Below are positions 1 to 9,142 of a stretch of 32,000 bases of DNA, piece by piece. The translations under genes and the position numbers were made by a program. Below the pieces are notes generated by a model, which searched no databases, was not told the DNA's origin, and saw nothing but the letters and a program-made list of their open reading frames with translations. Origin of the DNA: Pseudoalteromonas tetraodonis. GTDB lineage: Bacteria > Pseudomonadota > Gammaproteobacteria > Enterobacterales > Alteromonadaceae. Each line of letters begins with the position of its first letter. Position 1 is the stretch's first letter. Location: positions 390,001 to 422,000 of the forward strand of contig NZ_CP011042.1 of the NCBI RefSeq assembly GCF_002310835.1, read 5' to 3'.

Positions 1-1
1 A

Positions 2-1099
2 GATGAAGTTGAGCAAAGAAACATACTGGCGGTACCCGCTGTTTATTTAAATGGTGAACCTTTTAGCCAAGGGGCCATGAGCCTCACTGATATTTTAAAT
101 AAAGTGGATAGCAAAGGTGCACAGCGCCAAGCAGCATCACTCAATGAAAAGTCGGTGTTTGATGTACTTGTCGTCGGTGGTGGGCCAGCTGGTGCTTCGG
201 CAGCTATTTATTCAGCACGTAAAGGGCTCAATACTGGGGTTGTAGCAGAGCGATTTGGCGGTCAAGTTGCTGATACATTAGCGATTGAAAACTTTATTTC
301 AATAAAAGCAACGCAAGGGCCAAAAATGGTGGCTCAGTTGGAAGAACACGTTAAAGAATACGATGTTGATGTTATGCACAACCAACGCGCGGCAAACCTG
401 CAAAAAGGCAGTAATGGGTATGATATTACGCTAGAAAATGGCGCTGTATTAAAAGCAAAATCACTCGTGCTAGCAACCGGTGCACGCTGGCGCGAAATGA
501 ATGTACCCGGTGAGCAACAATATAAAGGCCATGGCGTTGCATACTGCCCGCACTGTGATGGGCCTCTATTTAAAGGTAAACCGGTTGCGGTTATTGGTGG
601 TGGTAATTCAGGTATTGAGGCGGCAATTGATTTAGCCAATATAGTTGAACACGTTACTGTACTTGAATTTGCTGATACGTTACGCGCCGATGAGGTACTT
701 ATTCGTAAAGCTAATAGCTTAAAAAACATCACTATTATTAAAAACGCCCAAACCACGGAAGTACTTGGTGATGGCAAAAAAGTAACGGGGTTAAGTTATA
801 CCGACCGCCTTAGCGGCGAGAGTAAACAGTTGAACTTAGCCGGTATATTTGTACAAATTGGTTTAATACCTAATACCGAATGGTTGAAAGACAGCGAGCT
901 TGAACTGAGCCAATTTGGTGAAATACTCATTGATGCCAAAGGCGCAACATCGTTACAAGGCGTTTATGCTGCAGGTGATGCAACCACTACGCCATTTAAG
1001 CAAATTATTATTGCGATGGGGGCGGGCGCAACAGCAAGCCTAGGTGCGTTTGACTATTTAATTCGTCAAACGCCCGATGCAGAGCAAAGCGCTGCTTAA
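2..1099 (+). CDS. ahpF: Alkyl hydroperoxide reductase subunit F, 5'-truncated by the window edge
   Basis: The frame is open from nt 2 ([24 protein letters not shown]...), upstream of the tracked ATG at 77. It is co-linear with enterobacterial AhpF as recalled from memory. Motifs: FAD site [19 protein letters not shown], redox centre CPHCDG, NAD(P)H site [12 protein letters not shown], and YAAGD...[13 protein letters not shown]. Confidence 0.95.
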   Translation, partial: DEVEQRNILAVPAVYLNGEPFSQGAMSLTDILNKVDSKGAQRQAASLNEKSVFDVLVVGGGPAGASAAIYSARKGLNTGVVAERFGGQVADTLAIENFISIKATQGPKMVAQLEEHVKEYDVDVMHNQRAANLQKGSNGYDITLENGAVLKAKSLVLATGARWREMNVPGEQQYKGHGVAYCPHCDGPLFKGKPVAVIGGGNSGIEAAIDLANIVEHVTVLEFADTLRADEVLIRKANSLKNITIIKNAQTTEVLGDGKKVTGLSYTDRLSGESKQLNLAGIFVQIGLIPNTEWLKDSELELSQFGEILIDAKGATSLQGVYAAGDATTTPFKQIIIAMGAGATASLGAFDYLIRQTPDAEQSAA

Positions 1100-1160
1100 T
1101 AGTGTTTTAGCTTAAAGTCTCTTGATATAACAGCTCTCACCCATAGCTGTTTGTTCACCC

Positions 1161-1189
1161 AAGCCGCCCTCTCCAAAGGCGGCTTTTTT
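1161..1189. terminator. Hairpin terminator between convergent ahpF and the small membrane-protein gene
   Basis: AAGCCGCC (1161-1168) pairs with GGCGGCTT (1178-1185) across a 9-nt loop, followed by TTTT. Confidence 0.6.
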
Positions 1190-1194
1190 GAGCG

Positions 1195-1386
1195 CTATTT
1201 AAGTCGGGTAATACCCACTAAAATACAGACTGCGCCACCAATAAAGCCAAGCCAGGCTTCCATAGGTGTTTCGCCGTTTAATGCGCGGGTAACCTGAGAG
1301 GCTGCTGAGTCATAAACGTCATAGCCCCATATTGCCAGTGCGATACCAATAACAATAAGTACAATACCAATAATTTTATTTGTCAT
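1195..1386 (-). CDS. Small two-TM membrane protein, DUF3185-like
   Basis: The ORF track gives 1195..1428. The internal ATG at 1386 (MTNKIIGIVLIVIGIALAIWGY...) is preceded by AAAGGA about 7 nt upstream. Two hydrophobic helices flank a short polar loop. The family name is from memory. Confidence 0.6.
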   Translation of the reverse strand: MTNKIIGIVLIVIGIALAIWGYDVYDSAASQVTRALNGETPMEAWLGFIGGAVCILVGITRLK

Positions 1387-1434
1387 AATGATCCTTTGTT
1401 TTCTAGTGCAAGTTAATCTGAGCGACACTCGTTA

Positions 1435-3537
1435 TTATAATGTGGCTACGCTCAGCCTTTTTAATGTATTTGTAATTGCTTCTTCTATTGCTGGAAGCTT
1501 AAATGGTTTGGCTATAAACATATCCATGCCCGCTTGTTTACAGCTTAGTTTATCTTGGGAAGAAGCATTAGCCGTCAGAGCGACGATATATGTGCTTTTG
1601 GGGCTACAAATGTTACTAGATCTTAATTGTTTGGTAGCTTCAAAACCATCAAGTATTGGCATAATACAATCCATAAAAATAAGATCGTAATGCTTTTGTT
1701 TGCACTTTAAAATTGCGTCTTGGCCGTCTATGGCAAAGTCTGATTTTATATTAAACTTATCCAGCGCAGCTTCTAATACAAGGCGGTTTATTTCGTTATC
1801 ATCAACCACCAGTACTGATAATTTGGCACCATGATTATTAATCAATTTAAGACTCGGTGTCTGTATTTGTTGTTTGCCAAGTTCAATCGGGATAGTTAAG
1901 GTAAAACACGTACCCACATTAACCTCACTCGTTACTTCAATTTTGCCATTCATAAAACCAACGAGTTCTTTAACAATTGCTAAACCTAATCCGGTGCCGC
2001 CTTTATTGTTGTTAGCATCAACCTCTTGGGTAAAAGGCTTAAATAATGAGTTTAAATACGCTTTACTCATGCCGCGACCCGTGTCGGTTATTTTAATGGT
2101 AAGTAAAGGGTGTTTTGTGTCTAATGCTAATTGCGAATAGAGAGAAACAGATCCATGCTCTGTAAATTTTAACGCGTTACTTAGTAAATTAGAGACAATT
2201 TGGCTTAATCGAGAGGTGTCGCAGTATACCCAAACATCATTAGGAATGAGATTAGTGGCTAGCAGTTCAATGTGTTTATTACTAAACAATACCGAATATA
2301 AAGAAACCAAATCGGTAAATACCGTTTTAAGTAGAGAGTGGTGAGGCTCCAGTTTTAACTCACCATGATTTATTTTTGAAAAATCGAGTACTTCATTAAT
2401 AATACTTAATAAAATGTCAGCACTTCGAAGGGCGACTTTAATTTTTTCTGCCCGCTTGTCATAATCGTGTTCATCAATGAGAGTCGCTAACATTCCCGTA
2501 ATACCATTAAGCGGGGTTCTAAGCTCATGACTAATTTTGGCAAACAGCATACTTCGGTCTTGGAGGAGTTGTTCTGCAAGTGCTTTTTTTTGTTTTAACT
2601 CTTCGCGTAACTTAACGGCTTCAGTTATATCTTGAAAAGTACCAAATAATCGCACACATTTGCCGTTGTTAAACTCGGCCTCTCCAAAAGTCGACACCCA
2701 AATATTTTGCTGCTTTGCGGTAACTATTTCCAGCTCTAAATGCCATTTTTCACCCTTAGATACCGCATTTTCTACCGCTTTATTAATGCTATCTCGACTT
2801 TTACCCGCTTTATAAAATTCAATGGCTGTTTCCATGTTTGGAGTATAGCCTTCTTCGGCTTGATGAATACGTCGAGTTTGCTGGCTCCAAAAAATGCTAT
2901 TGTCTATTAGGTCGACTTCCCATGTGCCTATATTTGCAACGCTTTCAAGTTTCAATAAGGTGTCACTATTTTTAGTGAGATTAACTTTATCCTGATTGCG
3001 CGCAAATTCTGAGCCCAACCACTGAGCTAATAATTCAATATAATCATAAGCTTCATCGCTAAAAGGGGCGCATTCTTGAGCTGATGAAAAGTTAACAGTT
3101 CCAAATACGTCAGTACCTATTCGTATAGGCGCTCCAATATACGCCTCCAATTGGAAATTAATATAGCAAGGATGATTTGCAATACTACTTTGCGACGCAT
3201 TATGAAACGCCAGTGCAGAGTTGGCCAACAAAGTATGTGTACAATAGGTGCCGTTTAACTCAAACTCAGTACCAATAGCAAGAGAATTGTCAGGGGTAAT
3301 AGCATGTAAAACAGTGTAAGAATTATTTTTTACGCGGCTGATAATAGCCAAATCGAGCTGAAAAACATCGAGCCCAAAAGCAAGTAAGTCTGCAATTTTT
3401 TGATCAAAGCTAAGCTGTTGATCAGAGACTATATTATGAAAGCATCGAAGAAAATTCACAAAAAACCTTAATTTATTTAGTACGTACACAAGAACACAAG
3501 CAAGCACTATGCCTAAACATAATCTATTTTTTGACAA
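1435..3537 (-). CDS. Hybrid sensor histidine kinase (TM-GAF-PAS-HisKA-HATPase_c-REC)
   Basis: H-box FAKISHELRTPLNGI; ATP-lid motifs DTGRGMS and GTGLGLAIV; C-terminal receiver VLVVDDNEINR...DLIFMDCIMPILDG...KPF; N-terminal hydrophobic segment. The exact start is uncertain. Confidence 0.9.
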   Translation of the reverse strand: MSKNRLCLGIVLACVLVYVLNKLRFFVNFLRCFHNIVSDQQLSFDQKIADLLAFGLDVFQLDLAIISRVKNNSYTVLHAITPDNSLAIGTEFELNGTYCTHTLLANSALAFHNASQSSIANHPCYINFQLEAYIGAPIRIGTDVFGTVNFSSAQECAPFSDEAYDYIELLAQWLGSEFARNQDKVNLTKNSDTLLKLESVANIGTWEVDLIDNSIFWSQQTRRIHQAEEGYTPNMETAIEFYKAGKSRDSINKAVENAVSKGEKWHLELEIVTAKQQNIWVSTFGEAEFNNGKCVRLFGTFQDITEAVKLREELKQKKALAEQLLQDRSMLFAKISHELRTPLNGITGMLATLIDEHDYDKRAEKIKVALRSADILLSIINEVLDFSKINHGELKLEPHHSLLKTVFTDLVSLYSVLFSNKHIELLATNLIPNDVWVYCDTSRLSQIVSNLLSNALKFTEHGSVSLYSQLALDTKHPLLTIKITDTGRGMSKAYLNSLFKPFTQEVDANNNKGGTGLGLAIVKELVGFMNGKIEVTSEVNVGTCFTLTIPIELGKQQIQTPSLKLINNHGAKLSVLVVDDNEINRLVLEAALDKFNIKSDFAIDGQDAILKCKQKHYDLIFMDCIMPILDGFEATKQLRSSNICSPKSTYIVALTANASSQDKLSCKQAGMDMFIAKPFKLPAIEEAITNTLKRLSVATL

Positions 3538-3795
3538 TAAGCCATTAACACATAATTCCTTACTACATTAACTCGCGGGTTTAAAAATTAATAGCTTGAA
3601 TTAGATGTAAATTCAGGTTGTATCACTATGTAGTTCTTCTGAGTCCACGCTGTTTATTAATAACCCTTCTTGTATTACCTGTGTATGCTCAAGCACGTTG
3701 AGTAACGTTCACCATAAACATATTTTATAATTTCAATAGCTTTGGGTGTATGAGTAAATGCAATTTTGACTTCGGGCAATCTGTTTGGAATGGTT

Positions 3796-4689
3796 TTATC
3801 GCTCATAACCATTGCTACCAAATCTAGGGTTATCCAAGTAACTTTTAGCTTCACTTATGCCCATTTGATAGCCTGAATTGAGTATAGCTCGATTTTTAGT
3901 GGTGCGGCCGACTTTAAACCCTGTTGGTGGTGCAATAATATTTATTTTGCAATCTGACGGAGCATTGTGCAAAAAATCAATACTGTCATTATAATTTTTA
4001 GAACGCTGTATGGCGGCCTCTGCAAGCGCTGGGCTCTGTTTATAGAGTTGTTTAGTTAACCACGGTACTTTGTTGTCTTTTTTACGATAGCCTAAAGGTT
4101 GGGAGAGGATAACTGTTATTTCTGATGCACCCATTTCATAGGCTTTTTTTACCGGAATAGAATCGGCAACGCCACCATCGGTCATTGCGATCCCGTTTAT
4201 TGTTGGGTAATCCCGATAAGCGATTGGGATGGCGCAAGAGGCTTTTAATTGCTCAACCATTTCATTGCCCGTTGCTTGCAAATAGTGAGCTTTACCTGAA
4301 TCTATTGCCGTTGCAACAATATAAAAATCGTAAGGAGATTGCGAGAATTCGTCGGTATTCAAGGGGATTTCACGAACTGTTTCTTGCCACAGCCAATCTA
4401 AATCAAATAGATGGCCGCCTTTGATAAAACGTGCGAGATTAATAAATTCTGGCCTGCAGGAGTAATCGGTGATCACTTTGTAGTTGCGTGTTGGCTGCTT
4501 ACATAAATAGGCTGCCACATTTGTAGCACCAGCTGATACTCCAAAATACCGATTAAAGGGTTGATATTCTTGCTCTAAAAACTCATCAAGTACACCTGCA
4601 GCAAAAACACCGCGCATTGCACCACCTTCAACGACTAACGTATGATTATTGTTCGTCATGCTCATTTCCATCCTTTGATAATACCCCAT
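3796..4689 (-). CDS. Patatin-like phospholipase
   Basis: Oxyanion motif EGGAMRG, nucleophile elbow GVSAG (GxSxG), and catalytic Asp in MTDGG. An AAGGA Shine-Dalgarno favours the ATG at 4665 (MSMTNNN...) over the tracked start at 4689. Confidence 0.85.
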   Translation of the reverse strand: MGYYQRMEMSMTNNNHTLVVEGGAMRGVFAAGVLDEFLEQEYQPFNRYFGVSAGATNVAAYLCKQPTRNYKVITDYSCRPEFINLARFIKGGHLFDLDWLWQETVREIPLNTDEFSQSPYDFYIVATAIDSGKAHYLQATGNEMVEQLKASCAIPIAYRDYPTINGIAMTDGGVADSIPVKKAYEMGASEITVILSQPLGYRKKDNKVPWLTKQLYKQSPALAEAAIQRSKNYNDSIDFLHNAPSDCKINIIAPPTGFKVGRTTKNRAILNSGYQMGISEAKSYLDNPRFGSNGYER

Positions 4690-4724
4690 GCTAACAAGTG
4701 ATTTGCGTATGTGCGAGTAACTTT

Positions 4725-5699
4725 TTATTGCGGATCGCTACTTTTAAATTGCTTTCTGTAAGCGGAAGGTGAAATAGAGAAAGCGGCTAAAAACTGTTGT
4801 CGAAAGCTAACACTCGATGAAAACCCAGATTGATTAGCAATTCTATCTATATTGTGGTTACTTGTTTCTAATAGCTGCTGCGCGATGGTTAGACGTTGAC
4901 TCAGCAGCCATTGTGTAAATGTAGTGCCCATTGCTTTTTTAAAAAGTCGAGAAAAATTACGGCGACTCATACTTGCTTTACTGGCGAGTTCATCGATTGT
5001 TAAAGGTTTAGTTAAATTTTTTAGTGCCCAAGTGATAGCCGGCTCTAAACGGTTACTATCGATGTGTCGAGGAATGGGTTTTTCTATGTACTGTACTTGT
5101 CCTCCACTGCGGTGAGGCGCCACAACCATGCGTCTGGCCACGCTGTTGGCAATATCTGCGCCGTGATCACGACGTAATAAATGTAGGCAACAATCAATTG
5201 CGGCAGCGGCGCCTGCTGAGGTAAAAACATTTCCTTCATCAATGTACAGTACATCGTTATCAAAGTTTACTTTTGGGTATTTTTTTGCGAAGTCGTTAGC
5301 CCATACCCAGTGGGTTGATGCTGTTTTGCCATCCAATATACCTGCTTCAGCAAGCACAAAAGCGCCTAAACATAAACCTACCATTCTTGCTCCACGAGCA
5401 TGTGCACGGCGAAGTGCATTAAGTAAAGCTGTTGAGGCGGGTATATCAGGATCGCACCACGCGGGTACGATGACAGTATCAGCAGTTTCAAGTATTGACA
5501 GGTCTTGTTTTATTTCTATGGGAAAGCCAGAAAGTGTTGGCACCAGACCTACCGTTTCTGTACATACTGTGACTTTATATGGACGAGCGCCCACGCGGTC
5601 TAAGTCTTCACCAAAAATACTACACGGAATAGATAGGTGAAATAAACTGATATTGTTATAAGCAACAATCGCAACGGTATGTTCACAGAGTAATGTCAT
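4725..5699 (-). CDS. GlxA-family transcriptional regulator (DJ-1/PfpI-like N-domain plus AraC HTH)
   Basis: The N-terminal half has a DJ-1/GATase1-like pattern (GLCLGAFVLAEAGILDG). The C-terminal half is an AraC-type double HTH (LTIDELASKASMSRRNFSRLFKK...IDRIANQSGFSS..SFRQQF). Confidence 0.9.
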   Translation of the reverse strand: MTLLCEHTVAIVAYNNISLFHLSIPCSIFGEDLDRVGARPYKVTVCTETVGLVPTLSGFPIEIKQDLSILETADTVIVPAWCDPDIPASTALLNALRRAHARGARMVGLCLGAFVLAEAGILDGKTASTHWVWANDFAKKYPKVNFDNDVLYIDEGNVFTSAGAAAAIDCCLHLLRRDHGADIANSVARRMVVAPHRSGGQVQYIEKPIPRHIDSNRLEPAITWALKNLTKPLTIDELASKASMSRRNFSRLFKKAMGTTFTQWLLSQRLTIAQQLLETSNHNIDRIANQSGFSSSVSFRQQFLAAFSISPSAYRKQFKSSDPQ

Positions 5700-5850
5700 T
5701 TTGGCCTAATATCATCGACTACCGTCCTTTAGGACACTATTTGCAACCGACTATAAAGTATAAGCTGTCACGGTGCAAACGCAGCAACACGGCTGTCACA
5801 GCCGTGATAGCTTATAAACTTAAATTTAACTCGGTATTAAAGGATAAATT

Positions 5851-6438
5851 ATGACGACGACACTTCGTGAACTTAATGGGCTTGACTCAACACCCGCTTC
5901 ACTTACAAACGCCACACTTATATTTGTTGATTATCAAAATACTTATACACAAGGTGTTATGGAGTTAGAAGGGTGGCAAGATGCTCTTAATAATGCGGCA
6001 ATTTTACTGGCTGATGCACGTGCTGCTGGTTCTAAAATTATTCATATTATGCATGATGGTGGTGAAGGCTCGCCTTACGATATTAATGCTGAAATAGGCC
6101 AAATACACTCAAGTGTCGCGCCAATTGCGGATGAAAAAGTTATCGTTAAAACAGCTCCCGATAGTTTTGTAGGAACAGACTTAGGCGAACAAGTAGATGT
6201 AATTGGTAATAATAAATTGATCATTGTTGGGTTTATGACCCACATGTGTGTGACATTTACAGCGCAAGGTGCATTTTTAAGAGGTAACCACGCAACGGTA
6301 GTCGCTGACGCGTGCGCTACAAGACCATTACAAACTTCAGTGAGTGATGTGTTGGCATCTGATCTACATAAAAGTGCCTTAGCAACCATTAATGACTTAT
6401 ATGGCGTGGTTATCCCAAGTGCTGATGACTTAAGCTAA
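5851..6438 (+). CDS. Isochorismatase-family cysteine hydrolase
   Basis: D-K-C triad context: IFVDYQN, VIVKTAPDSF, VGFMTHMCV. It is divergent from the GlxA-type regulator. Confidence 0.85.
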   Translation: MTTTLRELNGLDSTPASLTNATLIFVDYQNTYTQGVMELEGWQDALNNAAILLADARAAGSKIIHIMHDGGEGSPYDINAEIGQIHSSVAPIADEKVIVKTAPDSFVGTDLGEQVDVIGNNKLIIVGFMTHMCVTFTAQGAFLRGNHATVVADACATRPLQTSVSDVLASDLHKSALATINDLYGVVIPSADDLS

Positions 6439-6558
6439 TAAAGTGTTTTTAATTTATAAATTTAAATGGGCAATTTATTGTTCATTTAAATAGCACAAAG
6501 TGGTTATTAATATAATGATATGACTTTCATTGTGAAAAGAGTAATTTATGATTGTTTA

Positions 6559-7983
6559 TTATTCAAAAATACATATTTGATTTCTGCCAGCTTTCTTTGC
6601 TTTATATAAAGCAATGTCAGCGCTTTTTATTAGGGTTTCTGTGTGTGTATCTGCATTTGGATAGCTACAAAAGCAACCAAAGCTAAGTGTTATGTAAGGG
6701 GCAATAGGAGAGAACTCATGCGTAATATTCAATGCTTTTATTTTTTGCTCAATTAACAAAGCAAATTTATGGCATTGCTCTATATTCGTAGCAGGTAAAA
6801 TGATTGCGAATTCTTCACCGCCATAGCGAGCTGCTATGTCACCCTCACGCTTACATAAACTTTTTAAAGCACTAGCAACGTGTTTTAACGTTTCATCGCC
6901 TTTGTGGTGGCCATAATTGTCGTTATAGCGCTTAAAAAAGTCGATATCACACATAATTAAACTAATTGGTTGGTGCTGTCTTGCAGAGCGTTTAATTTCG
7001 CTCTTTAGGGAAGTATCAAAAAATCGGCGGTTGGCAATGTCAGTAAGTGCATCGGTGTTTGCTAACTTATTTAATTTTGTATTAGCGTTAATTAATTGTT
7101 CTTGGGCTAACTGCAGCTTTTTTTTATAGTTTATGTTTTTGAGTGCGTTATTAATAATTTCGCCTACGAGCTTGATTCTTATTAAATCTATTTTGCTCCA
7201 GTGGCGTTTTGTGTTAACACAGTCACAGCCAATAAAACCAACAAGCTCTTTGTCAAAGCGCAGGCCAACACATAAGACAGACTGAATACTCTGCGCTTCA
7301 AACTCTGCTTTTTCTGAATTCGCTTCCGGTGGTAACTGAGCAACATCATTAACTTTAAATAGGTGTGTTAAGTTCATTACATCAAAAAAGTAGGGTAGTT
7401 CGGCTTTAGGGACGTTTTGCAACCTATCTTTGTAGGCAGTTATGCCGGTGTTCACCCATTCATGCGTATTGGTTAAAGTTTCACTATCGGTATTAAATTC
7501 AAATAAGTAGCTTCTATCTGCTTTACAAACGGTGCCTATGGCTTTGAGTGCAAAGTTAATTTGTTGATCAATATTGTCATTTTGAATATCAATTAGTTTG
7601 GTGGATATTTTTGAAATAATATGGTCAAAATTATATTGCTCTGCATGACTATGGTCTTGCTCTAAAGTGATCATAGAAACAGAGTCATCAATGATTGAGT
7701 GGTTCACATTTAAAAGCTGAGGCGTGAATTCACACTCTAATAAAACAGCTGTTATAGTAGATGTGAATAATTGCTCAACGGTAACAACCGTATCATCATT
7801 AAAGTCGCGAAGCGTAATACTGTTAAAAACATCGCTGCTAAGCGCGTCGTCACTATTTATGTTAAGTAACGTTTTGGCATGTTGGTTTAAGATGTAATTA
7901 TGTGTTTTATTGTCATAAACAATCACCGCTAAATTAATTAGATTAAAAACCTGCCAAATTGTATTGTTTGAGTCATGGCTCAC
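6559..7983 (-). CDS. Diguanylate cyclase (PAS-like/GAF sensor plus GGDEF)
   Basis: Active-site RYGGEEFAIIL with an RxxD I-site (REGD) five residues upstream; DALTDIANRR linker; GAF-like central region. Confidence 0.9.
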   Translation of the reverse strand: MSHDSNNTIWQVFNLINLAVIVYDNKTHNYILNQHAKTLLNINSDDALSSDVFNSITLRDFNDDTVVTVEQLFTSTITAVLLECEFTPQLLNVNHSIIDDSVSMITLEQDHSHAEQYNFDHIISKISTKLIDIQNDNIDQQINFALKAIGTVCKADRSYLFEFNTDSETLTNTHEWVNTGITAYKDRLQNVPKAELPYFFDVMNLTHLFKVNDVAQLPPEANSEKAEFEAQSIQSVLCVGLRFDKELVGFIGCDCVNTKRHWSKIDLIRIKLVGEIINNALKNINYKKKLQLAQEQLINANTKLNKLANTDALTDIANRRFFDTSLKSEIKRSARQHQPISLIMCDIDFFKRYNDNYGHHKGDETLKHVASALKSLCKREGDIAARYGGEEFAIILPATNIEQCHKFALLIEQKIKALNITHEFSPIAPYITLSFGCFCSYPNADTHTETLIKSADIALYKAKKAGRNQICIFE

Positions 7984-8206
7984 TGGTTTCTCCGCATTAA
8001 AATATGAAAACTACCCATATTTATGAATTAATTATTATTTTTGTATCTGCTTAGTTATTTTTAGTACAGTTTTTTGTATTTTACTAAGTTTTTAGTGCGT
8101 TTATTTGGCCTACGTATTACAATTGTGACTGTATATCATTACGTATTTCCCAATTTGCTTTATTTCATAAGCTTACTTTATTTTTAGTGAAGGTCTATTA
8201 TATTTC

Positions 8207-9100
8207 ATGACAGAAATAACCACACATCACGCTTCTCGTCGCCGTTTGTTAATTGCACTTGCAATTACCTGCTCATTTATGGTGATTCAATTAGTGGGTG
8301 CGTATTACGCAAACTCACTTGCAGTACTTGCTGATGCAGGGCATTTGTTTGTTCATAATAGCTCTTTGTTCATTGCTCTCATTGCGTCTAGCTTTGCTAT
8401 TCATTTAGCTAAAACCTATAACGATGGCCATCAAAAAGCAGAGCTAATAGGGGGGTTGATCAACGGCGTTTTATACCTAGCCATTAGTTCACTTATTTTA
8501 TATGAGGGCACTGAGCGCTTTATGCATCATAAAGGGGGACATGAGCTGGTTATTAATAGTTACTTAATGTCGGTAATTGCTGCTATTGGTTTTTTATTTC
8601 ATGGCGCAGCGGCATGGGTGCTTTATAAAGGCCGTAAGGCGAGCATTAATGTGTATGCCGTGTTTTTACACTCGTTTTTTGATTTAATATCAACGGTTTC
8701 TACTTTTGCTGCTGGTGTACTTATATACATAACAGGCTGGAATGTAATTGATATTTTATCGAGCATGTTAATTGCGTCTTTTGTCTTGTTTACCGGTATT
8801 AAGGTCATTATTAGCTGTCTCAAGGGGTTGCGTTCAAATAAAGCTAAGTTACCTAAAGTGGCCGATATTGAAACAGAAATAACCACCATGGAACATGTTG
8901 CAAATGTGCACAATGTCACTGTTGTTCGTAAAAACAAAAAGGTTATTGTTGGTGCTCATGTTGTGCTAAAACAACACTGTACTATAGAAAAACATGATGA
9001 AGAGTGCCGCTTAAAGGTAATTAAACTGCTTGCAGATAAATTTAATGTGCGCAACAGCGTATTACAAATAGAAAGCTACGAATGCAAGCACATACACTAA
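8207..9100 (+). CDS. Cation diffusion facilitator (CDF) family metal efflux transporter
   Basis: Six TM segments. TM2 motif LADAGHLFVHN, TM5 motif FLHSFFDL, and a C-terminal cytoplasmic domain (HNVTVVRKNKKVIVGAHVVL). Confidence 0.9.
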   Translation: MTEITTHHASRRRLLIALAITCSFMVIQLVGAYYANSLAVLADAGHLFVHNSSLFIALIASSFAIHLAKTYNDGHQKAELIGGLINGVLYLAISSLILYEGTERFMHHKGGHELVINSYLMSVIAAIGFLFHGAAAWVLYKGRKASINVYAVFLHSFFDLISTVSTFAAGVLIYITGWNVIDILSSMLIASFVLFTGIKVIISCLKGLRSNKAKLPKVADIETEITTMEHVANVHNVTVVRKNKKVIVGAHVVLKQHCTIEKHDEECRLKVIKLLADKFNVRNSVLQIESYECKHIH

Positions 9101-9111
9101 TGCGTTAAACC

Positions 9112-9139
9112 TAAAAGCGACTTAACTAAGTCGCTTTTA
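9112..9139. terminator. Bidirectional hairpin terminator between the CDF gene and the large GGDEF-EAL gene
   Basis: AAAAGCGACTTA / TAAGTCGCTTTT perfect inverted repeat with flanking A and T runs. Confidence 0.6.
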
Positions 9140-9142
9140 GTT

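Noticed and set aside
334-777. Antisense or shadow ORFs inside well-supported genes. Coordinates: 334..777, 1388..1690, 1874..2140, 4185..4424, 4924..5115, 5242..5640, 6075..6389, 8623..8937, 9444..9656, 9669..9857, 9993..10388, 10804..11031, 14029..14229, 15179..15649, 17528..17719, 18509..18739, 20840..21118, 21404..21655, 23403..23588, 27979..28209, 28643..29020, 30701..30901.
   Set aside because: Each lies opposite to, or out of frame within, a gene with clear family motifs. Their translations are Ser/Cys/Arg-rich with no recognisable domains, which is typical of frame shadows.
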